64,000 nucleotides of DNA from Longimicrobiales bacterium (GTDB lineage Bacteria; Gemmatimonadota; Gemmatimonadetes; Longimicrobiales; Gaopeijiaceae). The DNA lies in assembly GCA_965203485.1 (NCBI GenBank), contig OZ241892.1, positions 205,786-269,785 of the forward strand, written 5' to 3'. The position numbers and the translations under genes were made by a program. Under the pieces are notes generated by a model. That model saw only the letters and a program-made list of their open reading frames with translations, did no database searches and had not been told where the DNA came from. Positions within the stretch are counted from its first letter, which is position 1, and every line of letters starts with the position of its first letter. Positions 8,394 to 21,662 of this stretch are shown in pieces.

Positions 8394-10991
8394 TCAAGAT
8401 CCGGCGGGGTCGAGGACGGCGTCGATGCGGGCTGCCGCGTCGCGGAAGTGCAAGCGGGTCGCACGGTCCCGCAACCGGTCCCTGGCGCCGTCCAGCTCGC
8501 CGCGCAGCAATTCCAGCTGTTCTCGAACGAACGCAGCGACGTCCGTCTCGATCGCGTCCTCGTCCTCCAGCAGCGCCTTGGCCCGCGCGAGGTAGGCGCG
8601 TTGCAAGTTGCGGCGATAGGCGTCCGTTGCCTCGCCGCGGGCCGCCTCCGACCAAACCGTCTCCCGCAGGTCGTCGAGCATCTCGGCGAGGGCGTAGGCG
8701 TCCGACCCGTGGAACGCCTCCTGCTCGATCAACCGCTTCATCCGGCTCACGTCGAGCACCCGGCCGAGGGCGGCGGCCTGCCGCCCACCCACTAGGTCCA
8801 GCGCTCCGTCTCCCTGAAACAGGTTGAGCAGTCCGTCGTCCAGCAACCACTGCGGCGTGGAAAACACTTGGCGGCCGAGGTACTCCATCGCGCGCTCCTG
8901 CTTTTCCTTTGACACCATCGCGTACTGGGGACCGTCCTGTCCTTGCCGCTTGCGCGTACGAACGACTCCGCCGATGTTCGCGGTGACGTGACCCGTGTAG
9001 CGGCTCCACTGCGAAAGCACGTTGCCGTAAAGCTCCTGGAGTTGCGAGTAGTCTTCGCCTTCCTCGTAGGTCCAGTCGGCCAGCCTGTCCACGATCCGCT
9101 TCAGGTTCTCGACGCCGTAGTCCGAGGCCCGCATGGCGTCGTCGCCGATCGCTTCCGTCAGTGCGGTAGGATCGGCGCCCGTGGGGCTCGAGAAGCGATA
9201 CACCGGGTCTTTCTGCATCTCCTGCACCATCTTGCGCAAGTCGTCCTGTTCCGCAACGGCGTCCTTGCCGGGGAACGGCCGGTAGCCCCATTCGACGGCA
9301 AACTCGTCGTACGGGCCGACGACGGGCATCACGCAGGTGTCGTCGCCCGGCTGCGCGACGTAGTTGAAGCGCGCATAGTCCATGATCGACGGCGCCACGC
9401 CCATCTCGCAGACGAAGCGCGTGCGCAGCCGCTCGACCGGGTACGCCGCCGAAGCTTGCATGTTGTGTTGCAGACCGATCGTGTGTCCCACCTCGTGGGC
9501 CGACACGAACCGTACCAGCTCTCCCATTACGTCGTCGTCGAACTTGACGCCGCGCGCATCCTCGTTGACGGCCGCAGTCTGCACGAAGAACCAGTTGCGC
9601 AACAAGTTCATGACGTTGTGGTACCACTGAATGTCGCTCTCCAAGATCTCGCCGGTGCGCGGGTCGTGCACGTGCGGACCCGACGCGTTCTGGACCGGCG
9701 ACGCCAAATAGCGGATGACGGAATAGCGAGCGTCCTCCGGATGCCAGTCCGGGTCGTCCGGCGCGTCTCGGGCCACGACGGCGTTGCTGAAGCCGGCGCG
9801 CTCGAAGGCCGGTTGCCAGTCTTCGACGCCCTGCTTGAGATAGGGCACCCACTTGGGAGGCGTGGCGGGGTCGATGTAGTAGACGATCGGCTTGACCGGA
9901 TCGACGAGTTCGCCGCGGGCAAAGGCATCGGGATCGCTGGGCTCGAGGCGCCAGCGGGTCACCAAGCAGCGCGTCACCGCTCGCTGCTCGTCGAGTCCGT
10001 AGTCGGTCATGCGCGTGCTGAAGAAGCCGACCCGCTCGTCGCACAGCCGCGGTTGCATCGGATCGCCGGGCAGGACGAGCATCGAGTGATGCATCTCCAT
10101 CGACAGCGTGTGGCTTGCCGCGTTCGAAGGCGCTTCGGTTGCCACGTACGTGAGCACTCGCCGCACTTCCACGTTGGTGGGGAAGGCGCTGGCGCGCACG
10201 ATGTAGGTGCGGTCTCCGTCGACGCGGCGCACGCCGTATTGCTCGCGGCGAAAGCCCGGCAGGCCCAGCATCGGCACGTCTTCGGTGAACAAGCCGGTCA
10301 CGTCGACGACGACCGCGGACGAATCCTCCGGCATCGCTTCGACGTCGAAGGCCATCAGAATCGGATCGAAGTTCGAGTTCCTGACCGCGTCCGCGACGGC
10401 GGTCGTGTCGTCGGCCACGTTGTCGTAGCTTACTAGACGAAGCAGGATGCGGTCGTCCAGCCGCTCCCAACGGACCGTGGCCGTGTTGGCCTTGGAACCG
10501 CCGTAGCCGGCGCCGTCGGCTGTGCGCGCGATGCGGGTGAGCAACAGCATTTCGCGGCCCATCATGTCCAGCGGGATCTCGTAGAACAGGTCGCCGTCGA
10601 TCATGTGCGCGTCGAAGAGGCCCTCGCTGGTCACCGCCTCGTCGGTGATCACGTCGGCGTAGGACTTCGCGTCTCCCTTGTCCTCTTCCTCTTCCTGGGC
10701 TTCCTCCTCCTGGAACCACGCCGCCGCGGCAGGACGTGCCGGAGACGCGAGCGGCCCGGGCCGGGGAGCGTCTGCGCCGACTAGCGACGATGCGTTCGCA
10801 GCCAGCCCCGCCTTGGCCGGTTCGGGCGCCTCGGCGTCTCCCGGCGGCAAGGCGCCGGCCGCGGACGATACGGGCGCCGACAAGGCGGCTCCCGTTGCGG
10901 CGACGGCGAAAAGAAGCGAGCGGCGCCACGTCCGCGCCGGTCGTGTCCCCGCTGCCGCGGCGACGGCGAACCACAATGAACGACAGTCCAT
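8394..10991 (-). CDS. Secreted zinc-dependent metalloprotease (Met-zincin, DUF5117/DUF4953-type)
   Basis: 865 aa with an N-terminal signal-like segment. It has the HEXXH site 'FVSAHEVGHTIGLQHN' and a long beta-rich N-terminal region typical of this large family. Confidence 0.85.
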   Translation of the reverse strand: MDCRSLWFAVAAAAGTRPARTWRRSLLFAVAATGAALSAPVSSAAGALPPGDAEAPEPAKAGLAANASSLVGADAPRPGPLASPARPAAAAWFQEEEAQEEEEDKGDAKSYADVITDEAVTSEGLFDAHMIDGDLFYEIPLDMMGREMLLLTRIARTADGAGYGGSKANTATVRWERLDDRILLRLVSYDNVADDTTAVADAVRNSNFDPILMAFDVEAMPEDSSAVVVDVTGLFTEDVPMLGLPGFRREQYGVRRVDGDRTYIVRASAFPTNVEVRRVLTYVATEAPSNAASHTLSMEMHHSMLVLPGDPMQPRLCDERVGFFSTRMTDYGLDEQRAVTRCLVTRWRLEPSDPDAFARGELVDPVKPIVYYIDPATPPKWVPYLKQGVEDWQPAFERAGFSNAVVARDAPDDPDWHPEDARYSVIRYLASPVQNASGPHVHDPRTGEILESDIQWYHNVMNLLRNWFFVQTAAVNEDARGVKFDDDVMGELVRFVSAHEVGHTIGLQHNMQASAAYPVERLRTRFVCEMGVAPSIMDYARFNYVAQPGDDTCVMPVVGPYDEFAVEWGYRPFPGKDAVAEQDDLRKMVQEMQKDPVYRFSSPTGADPTALTEAIGDDAMRASDYGVENLKRIVDRLADWTYEEGEDYSQLQELYGNVLSQWSRYTGHVTANIGGVVRTRKRQGQDGPQYAMVSKEKQERAMEYLGRQVFSTPQWLLDDGLLNLFQGDGALDLVGGRQAAALGRVLDVSRMKRLIEQEAFHGSDAYALAEMLDDLRETVWSEAARGEATDAYRRNLQRAYLARAKALLEDEDAIETDVAAFVREQLELLRGELDGARDRLRDRATRLHFRDAAARIDAVLDPAGS

Positions 10992-11205
10992 CGCATTCTC
11001 CTTGCGAGTTTTTGGTGAGCAGTGAATCTAGGCGACAGGCGTTGGGCCGGGCAATTGGACGCCCGTGCTCATCCCCGGCGGCGGGACCGCCTCTGATCGA
11101 GGCGGGAGTCCGGCGCTCGACACGTTGGTCGCGCTCTTGTCCGCGCGCGCCGCTCGAACCGTTGCGTCCGCATGTGCCCTCGGCGCGTGGACGCGGGCTT
11201 TGCGG

Positions 11206-13098
11206 TCACGGGCGCGGCGGGATCAGCCATCGCACCACGCGCCCGTCTGCGCCGAGCACGCCCAAGGGACCCTTGCGGACGTCTCCGTCCAGCGAGACGA
11301 TCCGCCGCGGCCCCGACGCCCGCCCGGACGAGGCGGCCGACAGGCGGAACGCGTCCGCCGCCGCGTAGGCGACTTCGGCGTAGCCCAAGTCCTCCATCGC
11401 GGCGATCGTCACGGCACTGAGCGGGTTCGGTTTGCCGGCGTCGATCAGCCCCGTTAGGAGTTCATCGCCGAAGACGGACTCGCGCCAGTGCACGTTCCGG
11501 GTGCCGACGCCGTACCGGTTTTCCACCGGCACCTTGCTGCCGGCATGGTCCGTGCCTCCGGCCGCGTCGAACTCGCGGACGGCAATCGCTCCCGCGAAGT
11601 GCGTGTCGGCGGTCCCCGATGCGTCTTCGGCGGCTCCGCGCAACAGCCCGTGGTAGCGCCAGAGCGTGCCGAAGCCCAGCACGTGGGCCACCTCGTGCAG
11701 CAACGTCCCGAACAGATGACCGGACTCGTTCAGCCCGGCGACGTCCGCCTCGTCCAACGACAGCACGCCGACCGCGGGCAGACCGTTGCTCTCGCGCAGA
11801 AAGCACGGACCCGCCGACGCGATGACGCCGCCCGGCCCGTCGGCTTCCTCGACGACGGCGAAGACGAGCACGTCGTCCACCTTCCGAACCGGCGGATGCT
11901 CCATCGCGTCGGTGCACCGCGCCAAGTCCGCGCCGCCGACGGCCACGGGCGCCAAGTTGCCCCGGATCGCCGCCTCCCAGCGCGCCTCGGCGGCCTCGAA
12001 CGCTTGGCGCAGCTCGGGCGCAAGCCGGGACGGACGCGCGTGCACCAGGCGCACGTCGAACGAAGGAGGGATGCCCACTGCCGAGAACATCACCCGCGTG
12101 CCGGCGAATTCCGCGCCGCCGGTTGCCGCGGTCGCCTCGAGAGCGTGCTGCGGACCCAGCTCGTGCCCGACGGTCCACTCGTCCGGCTCGGCCTGTCCGG
12201 CGCTGTCCGTGACCTGCTCGGCCCCGGTAACGCGGCCGCTCCCCTTGGCGACGGCGAACGCCACGCGCACGCCGGGCACGCCGTTGCCGTACGCGTCGTC
12301 CACTCTCACGCGCGGGGCCACCAGCGCGGGCGAACCGGCTTCGACTTCCTGGCCGTCCCCGGCCGCCGCCGCCATCGACGTGGGCGGCCCCGGCGCGGCA
12401 ATGGCGCGCACCGTGGCTGGATTGCCGGCGATTCCGCCGCCCGGCACGGCCGCCAACAGCTCCTGGGGGCCCGCGACCGGGCCCAGCGTCCACGCGCCCG
12501 GCGACGCCTCGCCCCGCCCGGAAGTCACCGCCTGCGCCCCCTCGACCGCGCCGTTGCGCGCAATGAACGCCACCGCGACGCCCTCCAACGGAGCCCCGTC
12601 TGCGTCCAGCACGCGCACGGCCGGCCGAACCCGCACCGGCTGGCCCACCATTCCGGCTTGGCCGTCGCCCGCAACGATGCGCACGGCGGCGGGCGCTCCG
12701 GTCGCGACGGCGGCGAACACCGCCGGCGACAAGCCGTCCACGATCGCCTCGAGGCGCTGGGCGCCCACGGCTTCGCCCAGCGTCCACGCGCCTGCCGACG
12801 CTCTTCCGCCCGTCGCCGTCTTGACTTGCCCGAACTCCACTTCTCCCGACCCGGACGCCGGACGAAACGTCACGTCCACGCCCGCGACCCCGTCGCCGTC
12901 CGCGCCGACGACCCTGACCACCAGTTCCACCGGCAACGCGCGTCCGGCTCGTCCCTTCTGCCCGCCGCCGGACTCGGCCAGCACGGCCACCGGAGCCGCG
13001 GGAGCGGCCGTGCCCGAGCCGCCGTCGCATCCGAGAACGGGCGCCGCGAGCCCCGTCGCGACGATCCGCCAGGAGGCTCGGAGGCGCGCGGCGCTCAC
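11206..13098 (-). CDS. Leishmanolysin-like (M8-like) zinc metalloprotease lipoprotein with three Ig-like repeats
   Basis: GTG at 13098 overlaps the upstream stop (GTGA). Lipobox '...AAPVLGC'. It has three repeats of about 90 aa ('GDGQ..V.V.D..G.P..GV.V.F...WTLG...G.Q.L.A'). The catalytic site is 'LLHEVAHVLGFG'. Confidence 0.8.
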   Translation of the reverse strand: MSAARLRASWRIVATGLAAPVLGCDGGSGTAAPAAPVAVLAESGGGQKGRAGRALPVELVVRVVGADGDGVAGVDVTFRPASGSGEVEFGQVKTATGGRASAGAWTLGEAVGAQRLEAIVDGLSPAVFAAVATGAPAAVRIVAGDGQAGMVGQPVRVRPAVRVLDADGAPLEGVAVAFIARNGAVEGAQAVTSGRGEASPGAWTLGPVAGPQELLAAVPGGGIAGNPATVRAIAAPGPPTSMAAAAGDGQEVEAGSPALVAPRVRVDDAYGNGVPGVRVAFAVAKGSGRVTGAEQVTDSAGQAEPDEWTVGHELGPQHALEATAATGGAEFAGTRVMFSAVGIPPSFDVRLVHARPSRLAPELRQAFEAAEARWEAAIRGNLAPVAVGGADLARCTDAMEHPPVRKVDDVLVFAVVEEADGPGGVIASAGPCFLRESNGLPAVGVLSLDEADVAGLNESGHLFGTLLHEVAHVLGFGTLWRYHGLLRGAAEDASGTADTHFAGAIAVREFDAAGGTDHAGSKVPVENRYGVGTRNVHWRESVFGDELLTGLIDAGKPNPLSAVTIAAMEDLGYAEVAYAAADAFRLSAASSGRASGPRRIVSLDGDVRKGPLGVLGADGRVVRWLIPPRP

Positions 13099-15098
13099 CG
13101 CGACTCCCTCCGGGCGGCGGCCGGCTTGGCGCTCGGCGACGCCCGTGGAAGCGCGGCGGGGTCGTTCGCCGGGGACGTCCCGCTGGCGGCGGCGACCGCC
13201 CAAGGCGCCAAGGTCGGCCGGTCCGGACCGCCGGCGCGGCTCACTGCGCCGGTCTTGGCGTCCAGCACGCGCCGGGGCAGGGCCAGCCCGTCGTCCCCCA
13301 GCCAGAGCCAGCGGGTCGCCGCTTCCGTCGGCAGCCCGGCGCCGCCCGCGCTCGGGCCGGGCAATGCGTAGTCGTCCGCCACGCTCAAGTCCACGTCGCG
13401 ATAGCCGGCGTCGCGCATCGTGGCCAGCGTCACGACGCTGAGTGGGTTGGGACCGCCCGCCCGCACGACCTCCGTGAGAAGCTCCGGTCCGAACACCGAC
13501 GCTCGCCAGTGAAGGTTCCCTTCCGCCTCCGAGACTGGATCAAGGGGGGTGCCGGCGCCCGCAACGACGCTTCCTCCGAGCGACTTGAACGCGGACAGCG
13601 CCTCCGAGCCCGTGAAGTAGAGGCCCGACGGCGCACCGACGGCGCCTCCCAGCAAGTCCTTGCCCCGCCACAGCGTCGTGCCGAAGCCGAGCGCGTGGGC
13701 CAGCTGGTGCCGCGCCAAGTCGGCCAGGGTCGCCGCCGACAGCGTCGGGACGTCGGCGGCATCGAACACGACCACCGAGATCGCCGGCCAGACTTCGCCC
13801 TCGTCCGTCAAGGCCCAGCACCACCCGGACCGCGCCAACGTGCCGCCCGGCCCGTCCAGAGGCGCCGCCACCGAAAAGACCAGGTGGTCGTCGATCACGA
13901 ACCGGGCCGGGAGGCCCATCCAGGCCGCTTCGTCGTCGGAAAAGCAGCGCGCGACGGTCTCACGGCGCCAGAAGAGGCCCAGCACGTCCGCTTCGACGAC
14001 GGACTGCCAAGTCGCTCGCGCGTCGTCAAGCGCGGCCACGAGCGCGGGGACGGGTTCGGGGAGGTGGAGAACTTCGATGTCGAAGTCGGCGGCTTCGGGT
14101 GCGGCCGCGATCGTGGCGGAAGCGCCGGTCACGGCCGAGCCCACCGACAAGATCGTGGCCGTGAGCGCGTTGCGCGCGCCTGCGGTCGGGCCCATCACCC
14201 AGCGGTCCACGACCGCCACGCCGCGCCCGTCCGTGTATACGACCGAGTCCATGACCCGTCCGCCGCCCGAAGCCTCGACGCCCACTGCCACCCAGGGCAC
14301 CCCGTTGCCGTGAACGTCCGTGACCCGCAGCGTCGCCGGGGGCCAGTAGTAGCGGTCCACTTCCGGTTCCGCCGCACCCGGCCGCAACGCGAACTGCGCC
14401 GGCAGCGCAGGCGTGGCGGTGGCGCGAAAGACCACCGGGTTGTTCGCGATGCCGCTCCCCGCGACGCCCGCGAGCAGCCGTTGCGGCCCCGCGGCCGGAC
14501 CCAGCCTCCAGACGCCTGGGGACGCGCGCCCGGCGTCGTCCGTGTAGACTTGTCCCTGTCCGACGCTTCCCTGGTCGGCGGCGAACGTCACGAGCACGAA
14601 CGGCGCCGGCTCCCCGTCCGCTTCAAGGACCCGCACCGCGGGCGCCGTCGGCGTCGCCGATGCGACCTCCGCCGCCTGTCCGTCGCCCGCAACGACGACG
14701 ATTGCGGCCGGATCGCCCGCCGCCCCGGCGCTGAAGAACACCGGATCGAGCCCGGCCGCGGCCGCTTCCAGGCGCTGTCTTCCCTTGGCGCCCAGCGTCC
14801 AGCGGCCCGCCGCCGCCGTTCCGTCCGCGCCGGTGGCCGCCGACTGGGATGCGACGCTCCCGCCGCCCTGCACGACTCGGAACGTCACGGCGACGCCGGC
14901 GACGCCCGCTCCCGAGGCGGCCACCGCCTTCACCGACGGCTCCACCGCGACGGGCTCGCCAGCGGCCGCCACTTGCTCGGCGCCCGCCTCGACCACAAGC
15001 GCGACAGGAGCCTCCGAGTCCGGTCCCGTTCCCGAGTCGCACGCGCCCAGGCCCAGCACGAGCAACGCGCGGGCGCGACGGGCGCAACGCGCGCGCAA
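13095..15098 (-). CDS. Leishmanolysin-like lipoprotein paralogue with HQXXH instead of HEXXH
   Basis: TTG at 15098 follows 'GGAAGG' and gives 'LRARCARRARALLVLGLGAC' (lipobox). A longer ATG alternative at 15230 overlaps the Fic stop. The architecture matches the downstream paralogue, but the active-site helix reads 'LARHQLAHALGFG'. Confidence 0.75.
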   Translation of the reverse strand: MRARCARRARALLVLGLGACDSGTGPDSEAPVALVVEAGAEQVAAAGEPVAVEPSVKAVAASGAGVAGVAVTFRVVQGGGSVASQSAATGADGTAAAGRWTLGAKGRQRLEAAAAGLDPVFFSAGAAGDPAAIVVVAGDGQAAEVASATPTAPAVRVLEADGEPAPFVLVTFAADQGSVGQGQVYTDDAGRASPGVWRLGPAAGPQRLLAGVAGSGIANNPVVFRATATPALPAQFALRPGAAEPEVDRYYWPPATLRVTDVHGNGVPWVAVGVEASGGGRVMDSVVYTDGRGVAVVDRWVMGPTAGARNALTATILSVGSAVTGASATIAAAPEAADFDIEVLHLPEPVPALVAALDDARATWQSVVEADVLGLFWRRETVARCFSDDEAAWMGLPARFVIDDHLVFSVAAPLDGPGGTLARSGWCWALTDEGEVWPAISVVVFDAADVPTLSAATLADLARHQLAHALGFGTTLWRGKDLLGGAVGAPSGLYFTGSEALSAFKSLGGSVVAGAGTPLDPVSEAEGNLHWRASVFGPELLTEVVRAGGPNPLSVVTLATMRDAGYRDVDLSVADDYALPGPSAGGAGLPTEAATRWLWLGDDGLALPRRVLDAKTGAVSRAGGPDRPTLAPWAVAAASGTSPANDPAALPRASPSAKPAAARRESR

Positions 15099-15226
15099 GT
15101 TCCTTCCGCTTCCCGTGTCGCCGCAGGAAAGGTCCGGCCCAGGTTGCTCGTCGGCGCGACGGGCGTGCAGTCTCCGCCCGCCGCCCTGTCCGCCGCCGCC
15201 GGGACGCGTTTGGTGCGGCGGGCGGC

Positions 15227-16579
15227 TCATGCGCCGCTTGCTCCCGCCCGGGGCGCTGCGGCGCCGGGAGGCCGTTGGGCGCGCCGGCGACCTCCGTCGG
15301 CCGGGGGTTCCGTCCGATCCTGCGCCTTGGCGATCAGGTCGTCGTAGACGTAGCGCCGGTTGCGGCGGCCGCCGGTGATCTCGCGGACGATCCCGCAACC
15401 GGCCAGCGCGTCCATGGCGGAGTCCGCGGTCTGGAACGCGAGGCCAGTGGCCCGGCAAGCCGCGGGAATCGACAGGTAGGGGCGCACGATCAACGCTTCG
15501 TAGAGGCGAAGTGCCGTCGGCGTCCGCCGGCCGGCATCGGCCGCGATCCGCGCCCGCGCGCCCGCGAAAGTCTCGACCAAGCGAGCCGCGACGGAAGCGG
15601 CATGCGCGGCGGCCGCCTCCACCGCTTCCAGGAAGTACCCCAGCCACGCCTCCCAGTCGCCAGTTTGGTGCACGCCTCTGAGCGCTTGGTAGTACGACGG
15701 ACGGCGCCACGCCAAGCGGAGGCTCCAGGGCAGCAGAGGCCGGCGCAGCACGCCGGTTTCGAGCAGGATGCACGTCGCAAGGAGCCGGCCCACGCGCCCG
15801 TTGCCGTCCACGAAGGGATGGATCGTCTCGAACTGGGCGTGGGCCAACCCGGCCCGGAGGAGCACCGGCATGCCGTGGCCGCCCCGTTGCACGAAGCGCT
15901 CGAGCGTCCGCATGCATCCGGCCACGGCGCCGTGGGGCGGGGGAACGAAGGCCGCGACGCTCGGCCGCCGGCCGCCGATCCAGTTCTGGACGCGCCGGAA
16001 CTCGCCCGGACAGGCTGTCCTTCCGTGGGGACCCTGCATCAGCTCTCCGTGCATCTCGCGGAGCAGCCGGTTCGACAGGCGGACACCCTCGTTCATCCGC
16101 CGGAGCCCGTGGTCCAGGGCCGCCACGCAGTTGGCCGTCTGGGCGGCGGCCGCGTCGGCGGGCTCCTCCGCGTCGCCGTCCAAGTCGAAGCGCAGAAGCT
16201 CCAGGAGCGAGCAACGGATGCCCTCGATCCTCGACGAAAGCATGGCCTCCTCGCGGACGAGCGTCCGGATCACCGCGGCCGCGTCGGCGCTTCCATGCGC
16301 CGCTCCTTCCAGCCGTCCCACCGCGAGGGCCGCCGCCTCCATCTTCCCCTGCAACGCTTCGTCCACGACCAGTCCCGGTCTCGGCGGCAACGGCGCCGGC
16401 ACCAAGGCTTGGACCCGCTCCCCTGCGACGGCCACGACCTCGTACCTGCCGGTTTGGTCGCGTCTTATTGCAAGTTCCCTTGGTTTCGTGGAATAACGAG
16501 ACGTCTTATTACGTTTTCGGTACTGAAAACGTAACACGTTGCGGCGTGGCGGCCACGGATGGCCGCGAGCCGCGGTCAC
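15227..16579 (-). CDS. Fic family protein (Fic_N + Fic + C-terminal wHTH type)
   Basis: Fic motif 'HPFVDGNGRVGRLL'. N-terminal inhibitory-type motif 'SSRIEG'. It is collinear with the second Fic at 51328..52500. The start is ATG 16579 or GTG 16537. Confidence 0.85.
   Translation of the reverse strand: MTAARGHPWPPRRNVLRFQYRKRNKTSRYSTKPRELAIRRDQTGRYEVVAVAGERVQALVPAPLPPRPGLVVDEALQGKMEAAALAVGRLEGAAHGSADAAAVIRTLVREEAMLSSRIEGIRCSLLELLRFDLDGDAEEPADAAAAQTANCVAALDHGLRRMNEGVRLSNRLLREMHGELMQGPHGRTACPGEFRRVQNWIGGRRPSVAAFVPPPHGAVAGCMRTLERFVQRGGHGMPVLLRAGLAHAQFETIHPFVDGNGRVGRLLATCILLETGVLRRPLLPWSLRLAWRRPSYYQALRGVHQTGDWEAWLGYFLEAVEAAAAHAASVAARLVETFAGARARIAADAGRRTPTALRLYEALIVRPYLSIPAACRATGLAFQTADSAMDALAGCGIVREITGGRRNRRYVYDDLIAKAQDRTEPPADGGRRRAQRPPGAAAPRAGASGA
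16509..16534. repeat. Perfect 10-bp inverted repeat with 6-nt spacer (TTACGTTTTC-GGTACT-GAAAACGTAA)
   Basis: Read directly from the sequence. It lies in a local A+T-rich patch, immediately 3' of the candidate GTG start (16537) of the Fic gene on the minus strand. Confidence 0.8.
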
Positions 16580-16591
16580 GCCCGGTGGGTG

Positions 16592-20097
<3,506 letters not shown>

Positions 20098-20369
20098 TGA
20101 GTTCGGAACCTTCGTCACCGGCCTCACGCTCCCAGCTTCGACGACATGCGCGCCCTGTGCCACGCCATGCTGCACCATAGGACGACGGCTCCAAGCGTGG
20201 AAGCGCGCGGGCTAGGCCGCTTGGCCGGGACGGGGCCCAGGCCGCGTTCCCGGAGCGTCGGTTGCGGCCACGGATGTCCCGTGCGCAACGCCGCGCTGGA
20301 CCCGCGAGCGACGGGCGCAGGCGCGAAGGGGCCGCTGTTGCGCCGGCGGGCGCTGGAGGGAGTGGTTGG

Positions 20370-21662
20370 ATGGCACGGTCCGTGACGGCGGCAGGCGCGA
20401 GGGCGCCGCTGTTGCGCTTGTCTTCGGAAGAGGCCGCGATGCTCGACGGCGGCGCCGGGCCGGCGGTCCAGCTGGCGATGCGGATCGTGGTGCGAATGGC
20501 CGGCATCCTGGGCGCGCGCGACCTGGCGAGGATCGCGTCCGCCCACATCGACGGTTGCCTGCACCACGGCGACGGCGGAGTGGAGTTCGCCGAGCGGCTG
20601 GTGGAACTCGGGGGAGCTTCGGCGGTGCCGGCCACGCTGAACGTGGGCGCCCTGGACCTGCTGCATCCTGGGCGCGTGCGGGTTGGCGCGCACAGGCGGC
20701 AGATGGCGCTTCGGCAAATGAGAGCGTACGAGGCGCTCGGCTGCCGTCCCACGTGGACCTGCGCCCCCTACCAAGCCGGACACAGGCCGCGCCTGGGCGA
20801 AGACGTGGCTTGGGGCGAGAGCAATGCCGTGGCCTTCGCCAACTCGGTGCTTGGAGCCCGGACGAACCGGTACGGCGACTTCATGGACATCTGCTGCGCG
20901 CTGGCCGGGCGCGCGCCGCGCACGGGTCTCCACCTCGCCGAGAACCGCCGGGCGACCGTCCTCGTCGAAACGGCCGCCTTGGCGCCCGAGCTCAAGGAGC
21001 GCGACGTGTTCTTTCCGGTCCTGGGGACTTGGCTGGGCCGGGCGGTGGGCGACCGCGTAGCCGTGGTGACGGGGTTGCCCGAGACGACGACGGAGGACCA
21101 GCTGAAGGCCATGGGCGCGGCGGCCGCTTCTTCGGGCGCCGTGGGGCTGTTTCACGTGGAGGCCGTGACGCCCGAGGCGCCGGACGCGACGACGGCCATG
21201 GGCGGTGGCCCGGCCGAGACCGTGCTGGCCGCGGCTCCCCCGACTCTCCGGCGCGTCCGCGACGGCCTGAGCACGGTTCCCGCCGGCCGAATCGACGCCG
21301 TCGCCGTCGGCAGCCCGCACTTCTCCCTTCGCGAGTTCGCCCACTTGGACGCTCTCCTGCCCGCGGCGCCGTTCGCCGTTCCGTTTTATGCGTGCACGGG
21401 CAGGCACGAGCACGGGAGCCTGTCCAAGGCCGGGCGCCTGCGGCGCCTTGAAGACGCGGGCGTGCAGGTCGTCGTGGACACGTGCGTCGTCGTCACCCCC
21501 GTGCTGCCGGCGCGCGGCGGCGTGCTCATGACCAACTCGGGCAAGTTCGCCCACTACACTCCCGCCAACACGGGCTACGGCGTCGTCTACGGCAGCCTGG
21601 AGGACTGCGTCGCCTCCGCGAAGCAGGGACGCGTGGTTCGCGACGAGACGCTGTGGAGCTGA
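20370..21662 (+). CDS. Aconitase X catalytic (large) subunit, DUF521 family
   Basis: 430 aa. 'AHIDGCLHHGDGGVEFAERL', 'TCAPYQ', 'GESNAVAFANSVLGARTNRYGDFMDICCAL' and 'GSPHFS' match the AcnX large-subunit pattern. Confidence 0.8.
   Translation: MARSVTAAGARAPLLRLSSEEAAMLDGGAGPAVQLAMRIVVRMAGILGARDLARIASAHIDGCLHHGDGGVEFAERLVELGGASAVPATLNVGALDLLHPGRVRVGAHRRQMALRQMRAYEALGCRPTWTCAPYQAGHRPRLGEDVAWGESNAVAFANSVLGARTNRYGDFMDICCALAGRAPRTGLHLAENRRATVLVETAALAPELKERDVFFPVLGTWLGRAVGDRVAVVTGLPETTTEDQLKAMGAAAASSGAVGLFHVEAVTPEAPDATTAMGGGPAETVLAAAPPTLRRVRDGLSTVPAGRIDAVAVGSPHFSLREFAHLDALLPAAPFAVPFYACTGRHEHGSLSKAGRLRRLEDAGVQVVVDTCVVVTPVLPARGGVLMTNSGKFAHYTPANTGYGVVYGSLEDCVASAKQGRVVRDETLWS

Noticed and set aside
8347-10974. 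N-terminal two-thirds of the 1330-aa ORF 6982..10974 (minus strand).
   Set aside because: This part is Arg/Gly/Pro-rich, low-complexity text overlapping the well-supported metalloprotease in another frame. It is a typical high-G+C shadow ORF. Only the last 454 aa (from ATG 8346) look like a real protein.
15227-16579. Calling the Fic genes a defence system (SoFic-like) or a toxin-antitoxin module.
   Set aside because: The architecture is the very common Fic_N/Fic/wHTH type with an internal inhibitory motif. Nothing in the sequence distinguishes it from housekeeping Fic proteins.
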